This document shows, piece after piece, positions 9,540-17,472 of a stretch of 35,615 nt of DNA. The translations under genes were made by a program, and so were the position numbers. A model generated the notes under the pieces. It saw nothing but the letters and a program-made list of their open reading frames with translations. It made no database searches and had not been told where the DNA came from. The DNA comes from Actinomycetes bacterium (lineage in GTDB: Bacteria > Actinomycetota > Humimicrobiia > JAHJRV01). How positions within the stretch are numbered: the first letter of the stretch is position 1; every line of letters begins with the position of its first letter. The stretch lies in the NCBI GenBank assembly GCA_030612085.1, contig JAUWOM010000002.1, positions 1 to 35,615 on the forward strand, written 5' to 3'.

Positions 9540-9995
9540 ATGAGAATTCATAATTTAAAACCATCTCCTAAATCAACTAAAAAAAGAAAGAGAGTTGGAA
9601 GAGGGGAAGGCTCTGGTCACGGAAAGACCTCAGGAAGAGGTCATAAGGGACAAAAAGCAAGATCCGGATCAAGTATTAAACCTGGGTTTGAAGGTGGGCA
9701 GATGCCACTGGCTAGAAGGATTCCGAAACTGAGAGGATATGGAAATAGAAGTCTTCATAGAATAACTTATCAAATAGTAAATGTTGAGTCTTTAAATTTA
9801 TTTAAGAATAGGCAAACAATTACAAATAAGTTGCTTTATGAAGAAGGACTCATAAAGAAATTAGATAGACCAATAAAGATATTAGGAAATGGAAATTTGG
9901 ATAAGAAATTAACAGTTAAAGCTCAAGCTTTTTCGAAAAGTGCGAGAGAAAAGATAGAAAATAAAGAAGGAAAAGTTGAGGTACTAAATGTTTAG
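9540..9995 (+). CDS. rplO: 50S ribosomal protein L15
   Basis: GRGEGSGHGKTSGRGHKGQKARSG...FEGGQMPL matches L15. Confidence 0.94.
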   Translation: MRIHNLKPSPKSTKKRKRVGRGEGSGHGKTSGRGHKGQKARSGSSIKPGFEGGQMPLARRIPKLRGYGNRSLHRITYQIVNVESLNLFKNRQTITNKLLYEEGLIKKLDRPIKILGNGNLDKKLTVKAQAFSKSAREKIENKEGKVEVLNV

Positions 9996-11256
9996 AGCGC
10001 TACGTGATGCTTTCAGGATACCTGATTTAAGAAAAAAGCTGCTTTTTACAATGGCAATTTTGGCTATTTATAGATTTGGAGCAAACATCTCTGTTCCAGG
10101 TGTTAGATTAGAAGGGATTGAGAAAGTTTTTGAGGGGGGAATTTTTGAGATGCTTGACCTTTTCTCAGGTGGTGCTTTATCAAATTTTGCAGTCTTTTCT
10201 TTAGGTATAATGCCATATATTACTGCGACAATTATTTTACAGTTGCTTCAGATAATTTTTCCAAAATTAGAAAAAATTGCTAAAGAGGGAGAGACAGGTC
10301 GTAGAAAGATAAATCAGATAGCAAGATATATAACAATAGGATTAGCTATATTTCAATCCACAGCTATGTTCTTTTATTTTAAAGGACAAGGTTTTATTGT
10401 AGGTGAAATTTGGCCTATGTTATTTGTAGTGGTAATCACTTTAACAACAGGAACTGCTTTAATAATGTGGATAGGTGAGTTAATAACTCAAAAGGGAATT
10501 GGGAATGGAATGAGCCTTATCATTTTTGCAAATATTATTTCAAGGTTTCCAGGCTACATAATTAATTCAGTTAATCAATGGTGGCCAAATGATATTTATA
10601 TCATTGCTATTGTGCTACTGATTGCAATAGCTGTGATAATATTTATTATTGTAATTCAACAGGGTGAGAGAAAAATACCCATACAATATGCAAAACAGAT
10701 AAGGGGAAGAAGAGTTTATGGTGGAAGGGGAACATATATTCCCATAAAGGTTAATCAGTCTGGAGTTATTCCGGTAATATTTGCTTCTTCACTATTGGCT
10801 TTTCCAGCAACTATAGCACAATTTATACAAGTTCCCTGGGTTCAAAAACTCGCAATTATAATTGGTCCTCCAGCTAAAAGAGGAGAAATAAAACCATGGT
10901 ATCTTACTTTGTATGCCTTATTAATTTTGGGATTTACATATTTTTATGCTGCAATAGCATTTAATCCTGAGGATATGGCAGACAATTTTAGGAAATATGG
11001 AGGTTTTATTCCCGGAATAAGACCTGGTAAATCAACTGTAAGTTACTTAAAGAATATATTAAACAGGGTAAATCTACCTGGAGCAATATTTTTAGCCATA
11101 GTTGCACTATTACCAACTGCTCTCTGGGCGTTCTTTAATGCACCATTTCAATTTGGAGGAACTTCTATTTTGATTGCAGTTGGTGTTGCTTTAGAGTTTA
11201 TGAAACAGCTTGAAGCTCAACTGATTATGAGAAACTACGAGGGCTTTTTAAAATAA
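9988..11256 (+). CDS. secY: preprotein translocase subunit SecY
   Basis: 422-aa polytopic membrane protein with GIMPYITATIILQLL and GELITQKGIGNGMSLIIF. It sits at the canonical position after rplO. Confidence 0.96.
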   Translation: MFRALRDAFRIPDLRKKLLFTMAILAIYRFGANISVPGVRLEGIEKVFEGGIFEMLDLFSGGALSNFAVFSLGIMPYITATIILQLLQIIFPKLEKIAKEGETGRRKINQIARYITIGLAIFQSTAMFFYFKGQGFIVGEIWPMLFVVVITLTTGTALIMWIGELITQKGIGNGMSLIIFANIISRFPGYIINSVNQWWPNDIYIIAIVLLIAIAVIIFIIVIQQGERKIPIQYAKQIRGRRVYGGRGTYIPIKVNQSGVIPVIFASSLLAFPATIAQFIQVPWVQKLAIIIGPPAKRGEIKPWYLTLYALLILGFTYFYAAIAFNPEDMADNFRKYGGFIPGIRPGKSTVSYLKNILNRVNLPGAIFLAIVALLPTALWAFFNAPFQFGGTSILIAVGVALEFMKQLEAQLIMRNYEGFLK

Positions 11257-11276
11257 ATTTTATTTTTATAGATAAT

Positions 11277-11933
11277 ATGAATCTAATAATTTTTGGTCCA
11301 CCTGGGTCAGGTAAGGGAACACAGGCTAAGAAAATTAGCAAATATTTCTATATACCACATATCTCAACTGGAGATATGTTAAGAGAAGCGATAAAAGAAA
11401 AGACGTGTTTGGGAAAAAAAGCTCAAAAGTTTATGTCAAATGGAGATTTAGTTCCCGATGAATTGGTGGTAAAGATATTAAAAGAGAGGATTAAAAAAGA
11501 GGACTGCAAAACAGGTTTTATTTTGGATGGTTTTCCGAGAAATCTTGAGCAGGTTGAACTTCTGTCCAATATATTAAAAGAGATAGAAAAACCGATAGAT
11601 TTAGTCATTAATATGATCGTACCTGAGAAGGAATTGACAAAACGTCTATTGGGAAGAAGAGTTTGTAGTAGTTGTAACAAAAATTTTAATATTTATCAGC
11701 AAAGTTTAAAAACATTTAAATGTCCTGTTTGTAATGGAGAGTTAATAATAAGAGATGATGATAATATGCAAACTGTAAGAAATAGATTTAAAGTTTATAA
11801 GGAACAGACAGAGCTATCAATACAACCTTATTATGAAAAGGATTTAGTTATTGAAGTGGATGGAGAGGATACTGTTGAAAATATTTTTGAGAATATAAAA
11901 ATAATTTTGGAGGATATATTTGATAAAGATTAA
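11277..11933 (+). CDS. adk: adenylate kinase (Cys4 zinc lid)
   Basis: P-loop GPPGSGKGTQ and lid CSSC...CPVC. Canonical position after secY. Confidence 0.95.
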   Translation: MNLIIFGPPGSGKGTQAKKISKYFYIPHISTGDMLREAIKEKTCLGKKAQKFMSNGDLVPDELVVKILKERIKKEDCKTGFILDGFPRNLEQVELLSNILKEIEKPIDLVINMIVPEKELTKRLLGRRVCSSCNKNFNIYQQSLKTFKCPVCNGELIIRDDDNMQTVRNRFKVYKEQTELSIQPYYEKDLVIEVDGEDTVENIFENIKIILEDIFDKD

Positions 11934-12684
11934 ATCTGCCGTTGAAATTGATAAAATTAGAAAATCTTGTGAGATAGTTGCAGAAACGCTTAAGCTGCTC
12001 AAGAGGCATATACAACCAGGCGTAACTACAATAGAGCTGGATAAAATTGCTTATGATTTCATTATAAAAAAAGGAGCTATACCAGCGTTTCTTGGATATA
12101 GAGGATATCCAGCAACGATTTGTGTAGCTATTAATGAGATTGTTGTTCATGGAATTCCAGATAATGGGAAACTAAAAGAGGGTGATATTATTGGAGTCGA
12201 TATGGGTGTGAAGTTTAATGGGTATTATGGAGATGCAGCTATAACAGTTGGTGTTGGTGAGATATCCAAAAAGGCAAAAGAAATAATGGATATTACAGAG
12301 AGAGCACTTTATAAAGGAATAAAAAAATGTTTTGAGGGGAATCATCTGTCAGATATATCCCATGCAATTCAAACTAATGCTGAAGAGAACGGATTTTCTG
12401 TTGTAAGAAGATTTGTGGGGCATGGAATTGGAACTGAACTTCATGAGGAACCTTCAATTTTAAATTATGGACCTCCCAACATGGGACCAGTTTTAAAAAA
12501 TGGTATGGTTTTTGCGATAGAACCGATGGTTAATCAAGGTACTCATGAGGTTGAGGTTTTAGATGACAAATGGACTGTTGTAACCAAAGATAGAAAACTA
12601 TCAGCTCATTTTGAGCATACAGTTGCTATTACCGAAAATGGACCATTAATATTAACACAAATAGAAATATTGAAAAATAAATAA
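11920..12684 (+). CDS. map: type I methionine aminopeptidase
   Basis: The metal-ligand context VHGIP, DMG, GHGIG, EPM and EHT matches MetAP. TTG start overlaps the adk end. Confidence 0.94.
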   Translation: MIKIKSAVEIDKIRKSCEIVAETLKLLKRHIQPGVTTIELDKIAYDFIIKKGAIPAFLGYRGYPATICVAINEIVVHGIPDNGKLKEGDIIGVDMGVKFNGYYGDAAITVGVGEISKKAKEIMDITERALYKGIKKCFEGNHLSDISHAIQTNAEENGFSVVRRFVGHGIGTELHEEPSILNYGPPNMGPVLKNGMVFAIEPMVNQGTHEVEVLDDKWTVVTKDRKLSAHFEHTVAITENGPLILTQIEILKNK

Positions 12685-12695
12685 GGAGAACTATT

Positions 12696-12917
12696 ATAGC
12701 AAAGAAAGAAGAAAAAATTGAGGTAGAAGGAAAAGTACTGGAGGCTTTACCAAATGCTATGTTCAGGGTAGAGTTGGACAGTGGTCATAAGGTATTAGCT
12801 CATATATCTGGTAAGATAAGGATGCACTATATTCGTATTCTTCCAGGTGATAGAGTTATAGTTGAACTTTCACCCTATGATCTTACTAAGGGAAGAATAA
12901 TTTATAGATTCAGGTAA
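12696..12917 (+). CDS. infA: translation initiation factor IF-1 (non-canonical start: ATA at 12696 or ATT at 12693)
   Basis: Absent from the ORF track. Frame reads (I)(I)[72 protein letters not shown] then TAA, a full-length IF-1 S1 fold. In-frame TAA at 12678-12680. No ATG, GTG or TTG lies before the conserved N-terminus. SD AAGGAG at 12683-12688. Confidence 0.88.
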   Translation: MAKKEEKIEVEGKVLEALPNAMFRVELDSGHKVLAHISGKIRMHYIRILPGDRVIVELSPYDLTKGRIIYRFR

Positions 12918-12954
12918 AAAATATTAAAAATTGATAAATATAAGTGTGATTTTT

Positions 12955-13068
12955 ATGAAAGTAAAAACATCTGTTAAAAAAATTTGTAAAAAATGTAAAA
13001 TAATTAAAAGAAAAGGAAAAGTAAGAGTTCTTTGTGATAACCCTCGTCATAAACAAAGACAGGGTTAA
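12955..13068 (+). CDS. rpmJ: 50S ribosomal protein L36 (zinc-binding form)
   Basis: Below the ORF-track size cutoff. [37 protein letters not shown] is a canonical 37-aa L36. Confidence 0.93.
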   Translation: MKVKTSVKKICKKCKIIKRKGKVRVLCDNPRHKQRQG

Positions 13069-13099
13069 ATAAAAAATTTAGATAGGAGGTTTATTAATC

Positions 13100-13474
13100 T
13101 TGGCAAGAATAGCAGGTATAGACTTACAAAAAGATAAACAGATAGATATTGCATTAACTAAAATACACGGGATTGGTAGGTCATTGGCAAAAGCGATACT
13201 TAAAGAAACTAAAATTGACTCTGCACATAAAGTAAAAGATTTAACTGAGAAGGAGATTTCTGTTATAGCAAACTATATTGAAGAGAATATTAAAGTAGAG
13301 GGTAGTTTAAAAAGAGAGGTTTCGCAAAATATAAGGAGATTAATTGAGGTAGGGTGCTATAGAGGAATAAGGCATAGGAGAGGCCTTCCTGTTAGAGGGC
13401 AAAGAACTCACACTAATGCCAGAACAAGAAAAGGTCCAAGAAAGACCGTTGCAGTAAAACGTAAAAAAATTTAA
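13100..13474 (+). CDS. rpsM: 30S ribosomal protein S13
   Basis: MARIAGIDL and [26 protein letters not shown] match S13. TTG start follows AGGAGG. Confidence 0.96.
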   Translation: MARIAGIDLQKDKQIDIALTKIHGIGRSLAKAILKETKIDSAHKVKDLTEKEISVIANYIEENIKVEGSLKREVSQNIRRLIEVGCYRGIRHRRGLPVRGQRTHTNARTRKGPRKTVAVKRKKI

Positions 13475-13489
13475 TAAGGAGAAATCTTT

Positions 13490-13888
13490 ATGGTTATAAA
13501 AAGAGGGAAAAAGGGAAAAGCTCGGAGAAAGGCAAAGAAGAACATACCGCATGGTGCTGTTCACATTCAATCAACATTTAATAATACAATTATCACCTTT
13601 ACTGATTTAAAAGGAAATACAATTGCGTGGGCATCTTCTGGAACAGCAGGATTTAAAGGTTCACGAAAGGGTACACCTTTTGCAGCACAGTTAGCAACTG
13701 AATTAGCTACAAAGAAAGCCCAGGAACATGGAGTAAAACAGGTTGATGTTTATATTAAAGGAGCAGGTTCTGGAAGAGAAACTGCTGTTAGATCACTTCA
13801 AGCATTAGGTCTTCAGGTTTTAAATATAAAGGATGTAACTCCAATTCCGCATAATGGTTGTAGAGCTAAGAAGCAAAGGAGAGTTTAG
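13490..13888 (+). CDS. rpsK: 30S ribosomal protein S11
   Basis: [16 protein letters not shown] and [11 protein letters not shown] match S11. Confidence 0.96.
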   Translation: MVIKRGKKGKARRKAKKNIPHGAVHIQSTFNNTIITFTDLKGNTIAWASSGTAGFKGSRKGTPFAAQLATELATKKAQEHGVKQVDVYIKGAGSGRETAVRSLQALGLQVLNIKDVTPIPHNGCRAKKQRRV

Positions 13889-13897
13889 GAGGATAAT

Positions 13898-14530
13898 ATG
13901 GCTAGATATATTAATGCAGTTTGTAAACTATGTAGAAGGGAAGGCGAAAAGTTATTTATAAAAGGGTCTAAATGTAATACAGAGAAATGTGCTGTTGAGA
14001 AAAAACCTTATCCACCAGGAGAGAGAGGAAGAGGAGGAGCAAGAACAAGGGAGACTGACTATCTAATTCAATTAAGAGAAAAGCAGAAGGTAAAGAGGAT
14101 ATATGGGATTTTAGAGAAGCAGTTTAAGAACTATTTTAAAAGAGCCTTAAAAATGAAGGGTATAACAGGTACAAATCTATTAGTTTTTTTAGAAACTCGT
14201 TTGGATAATATAGTCTATTTATTAGGATTCGCTGAATCTCGACCTCAAGCCCGACAGCTTGTAAATCATGGACATATTTTAGTTAATGAAAAGAAGATGA
14301 AGGTACCTTCATACCAGGTCAAAGCAGGACAAGAAATAGAGATTGTTAAAAAATCCAAGAAAATACAGGCAGTGGCTCAATCAATAGCTCAATCATCTGA
14401 AACAGAGATTCCAAGATGGCTTCAGGTTGATCATAAAGAACTTAAAGGTAAGGTTATTTCTCTACCTGAAAGGGAGGACATAGACCAAAGCATTAAGGAA
14501 CAAATAATTGTTGAGCTATATTCAAGATAA
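13898..14530 (+). CDS. rpsD: 30S ribosomal protein S4 (N-terminal Cys4 cluster)
   Basis: MARYINAVCKLCRREGEKLFIKGSKCNTEKC plus a C-terminal S4 RNA-binding domain. Confidence 0.95.
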   Translation: MARYINAVCKLCRREGEKLFIKGSKCNTEKCAVEKKPYPPGERGRGGARTRETDYLIQLREKQKVKRIYGILEKQFKNYFKRALKMKGITGTNLLVFLETRLDNIVYLLGFAESRPQARQLVNHGHILVNEKKMKVPSYQVKAGQEIEIVKKSKKIQAVAQSIAQSSETEIPRWLQVDHKELKGKVISLPEREDIDQSIKEQIIVELYSR

Positions 14531-14569
14531 CTTAACATAAAATTACATATATATTGGAGGTAGTATCAA

Positions 14570-15499
14570 TTGTTAGAAATGCAAAAACCAAAAATAGAAA
14601 TTATAAAAAATACACCAACTGAAGGTGTTTTTGTTATTGAACCCTTAGAGAGAGGATATGGTTATACTTTGGGAAATACTTTAAGGAGGATTTTAATTTC
14701 CTCTATTCCAGGTGCTGCAGCAACATCTATAAAAATAGATGATGTATATCATGAGTTCTCAACAATTCCTGGAGTAAGGGAGGATACAACTGAACTAATT
14801 TTAAATCTAAAAAAATTGGTACTTAAGTCTTCGTCTGAAGAACCAATTACCATAAGAATAGAAAAAAAGGGAAAATGTGATATTTATGCTAAAAACATAA
14901 TAGCTCCAAGTGAAGTAGAAATAGTGAATAAAGACTTATATATAGCAAATTTAAATAAAGATGGAAAACTGAAAATGGAAATAAATGTGGAGAGAGGTAG
15001 GGGGTATGTAGCAGCTGAAGAGCATAAAAAAGGTAAGGAGATAATTGGTTTGATTAATATAGATTCAATATTTACTCCAGTAATTAATGTAAGTTATGAT
15101 GTTGATTCAACCAGAGTAGGTCATAAAACCAATTATGATAAATTAACTCTAAAAATTAAGACAAATGGAGCTGTAACTCCTGATTTTGCTTTAAGTCAAA
15201 CTGCAAAGATACTCTCTGATCATTTGAAGGTTCTTATAGATGTCACGGAAATTGCTTTATTTGAGAGTTTTATAAAGGAGGAGGAGAAACCAAAGGAAAA
15301 AGAGGAGATATCAATAGAGGAACTGAATCTGTCAGTGAGATCATCTAATTGTTTAAAGAAAGAAAGTATTGTTTATATCTCAAATCTTTGTGATTATACA
15401 GAACAGCAGCTTTTAAGTATCCGTAATCTGGGTATGAAATCATTAAATGAAATCAAGAAGAAATTAGAGGAAAGGAAATTAACACTTAAGAAGGTCTAA
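14570..15499 (+). CDS. rpoA: DNA-directed RNA polymerase subunit alpha
   Basis: GYGYTLGNTLRRILISSIPGAA in the N-terminal domain and LSVRSSNCLKK...NLGMKSLNEIK in the C-terminal domain. TTG is 9 nt after GGAGG. An ATG at 14579 is an alternative start. Confidence 0.94.
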   Translation: MLEMQKPKIEIIKNTPTEGVFVIEPLERGYGYTLGNTLRRILISSIPGAAATSIKIDDVYHEFSTIPGVREDTTELILNLKKLVLKSSSEEPITIRIEKKGKCDIYAKNIIAPSEVEIVNKDLYIANLNKDGKLKMEINVERGRGYVAAEEHKKGKEIIGLINIDSIFTPVINVSYDVDSTRVGHKTNYDKLTLKIKTNGAVTPDFALSQTAKILSDHLKVLIDVTEIALFESFIKEEEKPKEKEEISIEELNLSVRSSNCLKKESIVYISNLCDYTEQQLLSIRNLGMKSLNEIKKKLEERKLTLKKV

Positions 15500-15503
15500 A
15501 AAT

Positions 15504-15857
15504 ATGGTTAAACCAAAGAAAGGAAAAAGAATAGGTGGTAGCGCTAGTCATCAAAAAGCAATAATGTCGAATTTAGCAATAGCGCTATTAGAACATAATA
15601 GGATTAAAACTACTCATGCAAAAGCAAAAAGGTTAAAAGCGGTCATTGATAAATTGATAGGTTTGGGTAAAAAGGATGACCTAAGTTCCAAACGTAAGGC
15701 ATTATCAATGCTTAGACACAATAGAAAAGCAGTGAAAAAACTTTTTGATGAGGTAGCTCCTCGTTATCATCAAAAAGACTCAGGTTTTTCAAGGATAATT
15801 AAAATTGGAGAAAGACCTGGTGACGCATCTTTAATGGTATTTATAGAATTAACTTAA
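15504..15857 (+). CDS. rplQ: 50S ribosomal protein L17
   Basis: LLEHNRIKTTHAKAKRLK and GFSRIIKIGERPGD match L17. Confidence 0.94.
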   Translation: MVKPKKGKRIGGSASHQKAIMSNLAIALLEHNRIKTTHAKAKRLKAVIDKLIGLGKKDDLSSKRKALSMLRHNRKAVKKLFDEVAPRYHQKDSGFSRIIKIGERPGDASLMVFIELT

Positions 15858-15900
15858 AAATAAAATAGTTAGCGCAATCTCATAATAAATAACTTTTGGA

Positions 15901-16001
15901 AGATTTGGACATAGTTTCTTGACTAATTATCCTCTCCCCTGGTGGGAGAGGGAAAGGGAGAGGGGGAATTTAAAATCTCTTCAAAACCATGCCACAAATC
16001 T
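15901..16001 (+). repeat. family-A element, copy 6 (rplQ-truA spacer), split by a nested family-D insertion
   Basis: The 5' arm AGATTTGGACATAGTTTCTTGACTAA and the 3' arm AAAATCTCTTCAAAACCATGCCACAAATCT are separated by about 46 nt of foreign sequence. Confidence 0.85.
15931..15966 (+). repeat. family-D GC-rich hairpin element nested in A copy 6
   Basis: CCTCTCCCCTGGTGGGAGAGGGAAAGGGAGAGGGGG. CCTCTCCC pairs with GGGAGAGG (8 bp), and a second GGGAGAGGG arm follows. Confidence 0.85.
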
Positions 16002-16023
16002 CTGAATAAAGAAAAGCTTTAAG

Positions 16024-16059
16024 TGTCATTGCGAGGGACAAAGTCCCGAAGCAATCTCA
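16024..16059. repeat. family-E short hairpin element (GTCATTGCGAG...GAAGCAATC type)
   Basis: TGTCATTGCGAGGGACAAAGTCCCGAAGCAATCTCA. ATTGC/GCAAT and GGGAC/GTCCC form nested stems. There is one copy in the window. Confidence 0.6.
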
Positions 16060-16110
16060 TTAAAAATAGATTATAAAAATTTAATAATATTTGATACTTG
16101 TGGAGAGTAG

Positions 16111-16845
16111 TTGTTACACAATATAAAGATAATTTTGGAATACGATGGGACTAGATATAAAGGATTTCAGATTCAGAAAGATTTAGATACAATACAGGGA
16201 AGATTGGAGGATTGCCTAAATACTATATTAAGAGAAAAGATAAAAATAAAATATTCAAGTAGAACAGATACAGGAGTTCATGCTAAGGAACAAGTCATTA
16301 ACTTTATAACAGAGAACAAGATAGATCATGTTAAGCTTCAAAGGTCTATGAATGCAATATTACCGAGTGATGTAGTTGTAAAGCACATAGAGGAGGGTGA
16401 AACTGATTTTGACTCAAGAAGATATGCTAAAAGTAGGGAATATGAATATTATATTTTAAATAGAAAATATCCATCTGCATTTGATAAAAATTTTATGTTG
16501 ATTGACAAAGAACTTGATATTGAATCAATGATTTTAGCTTCTAAATATCTTATTGGAAAAAAAGATTTTAAAGCATTTTGCAAAGATTCATCAGAAGTTA
16601 AAAATACAGTTCGCAATGTAAATGAGGTTGAAATTAGAAAAGAGGGAGATTTCATAGTAATAAAGATAATAGCAAATTCCTTTATTCATCAAATGGTAAG
16701 AATAATTGTAGGAACATTGATAGAAGTAGGACTCTCTAAAAGAGAGTCTTATGAAATTTTACAAATTTTAGAAAAAAAACAGAGAATATTTGCAGGAAAG
16801 GTAGCGGAAGCAAAAGGTCTTTATTTAACCAAAATTAATTATTAA
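16111..16845 (+). CDS. truA: tRNA pseudouridine(38-40) synthase TruA
   Basis: LEYDGTRYKGFQIQ and SRTDTGVHA (catalytic Asp). TTG start. Sits between rplQ and rplM. Confidence 0.9.
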   Translation: MLHNIKIILEYDGTRYKGFQIQKDLDTIQGRLEDCLNTILREKIKIKYSSRTDTGVHAKEQVINFITENKIDHVKLQRSMNAILPSDVVVKHIEEGETDFDSRRYAKSREYEYYILNRKYPSAFDKNFMLIDKELDIESMILASKYLIGKKDFKAFCKDSSEVKNTVRNVNEVEIRKEGDFIVIKIIANSFIHQMVRIIVGTLIEVGLSKRESYEILQILEKKQRIFAGKVAEAKGLYLTKINY

Positions 16846-16871
16846 AAAAATAAAATTAAATAACCTTTGAA

Positions 16872-16959
16872 AGATTTGGGCATAGTTTCTGTCTTCCTCT
16901 CCCTTGATGGGAGAGGGTAGGGAGAGGGTAAAATGTCTTCGAAACCATGCCACAAATCT
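16872..16959 (+). repeat. family-A element, copy 7 (truA-rplM spacer), split by a nested family-D insertion
   Basis: The 5' arm AGATTTGGGCATAGTTTC and the 3' arm TAAAATGTCTTCGAAACCATGCCACAAATCT flank an insertion that replaces the TTGAC of the apical region. Confidence 0.85.
16896..16928 (+). repeat. family-D GC-rich hairpin element nested in A copy 7
   Basis: CCTCTCCCTTGATGGGAGAGGGTAGGGAGAGGG has the same architecture as 15931-15966. Confidence 0.85.
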
Positions 16960-17020
16960 ATTAATGAAAATTAAATTTAAAAAAATATAGTATTGTTATT
17001 GAAAGGGAGACGAAATTAGA

Positions 17021-17449
17021 TTGAAAACAACAATCATAAAGGAAAAAGATATAAAGAAAGATTGGTATGTCATTGATGCAACTGGAAAGACATTAGGAAG
17101 ACTTGCCAGCAAAGTTGCTCATATTCTTATGGGAAAACATAAAGTTAACTATGTACAACATTTAGATGTTGGGGACTATATAGTAGTAATAAATGTTGAT
17201 AAGATAGTTTTAACTGGTAAGAAGTTATCTACAAAAAAATATTATAAACATTCAGGTTATCCCGGTGGATTAAAAGAGAAGGTCTATAAAGAGCTGATGA
17301 AGGAAAAACCTGAATTTGTATTTAAAAAAGCTGTAAAGGGAATGCTTCGAAAAAATAAGTTAGGTAGAAAGATGTTTAAGAAGTTGAAAGTATATTCAGA
17401 CTCCAAGCATCCCCATCAAGCTCAGAATCTAAAGATTATTGATATCTAA
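17021..17449 (+). CDS. rplM: 50S ribosomal protein L13
   Basis: [17 protein letters not shown] and [12 protein letters not shown] match L13. TTG start. Confidence 0.95.
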   Translation: MKTTIIKEKDIKKDWYVIDATGKTLGRLASKVAHILMGKHKVNYVQHLDVGDYIVVINVDKIVLTGKKLSTKKYYKHSGYPGGLKEKVYKELMKEKPEFVFKKAVKGMLRKNKLGRKMFKKLKVYSDSKHPHQAQNLKIIDI

Positions 17450-17472
17450 AAGTAAGTAGGAGGATTATTATT

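Noticed and set aside
68-16959. Could the family-A repeats be a CRISPR array?
   Set aside because: Copies are separated by 0.6-7.5 kb of conserved protein-coding genes rather than by 25-50 nt spacers. They are long imperfect palindromes with variable flanks, and no cas genes are present.
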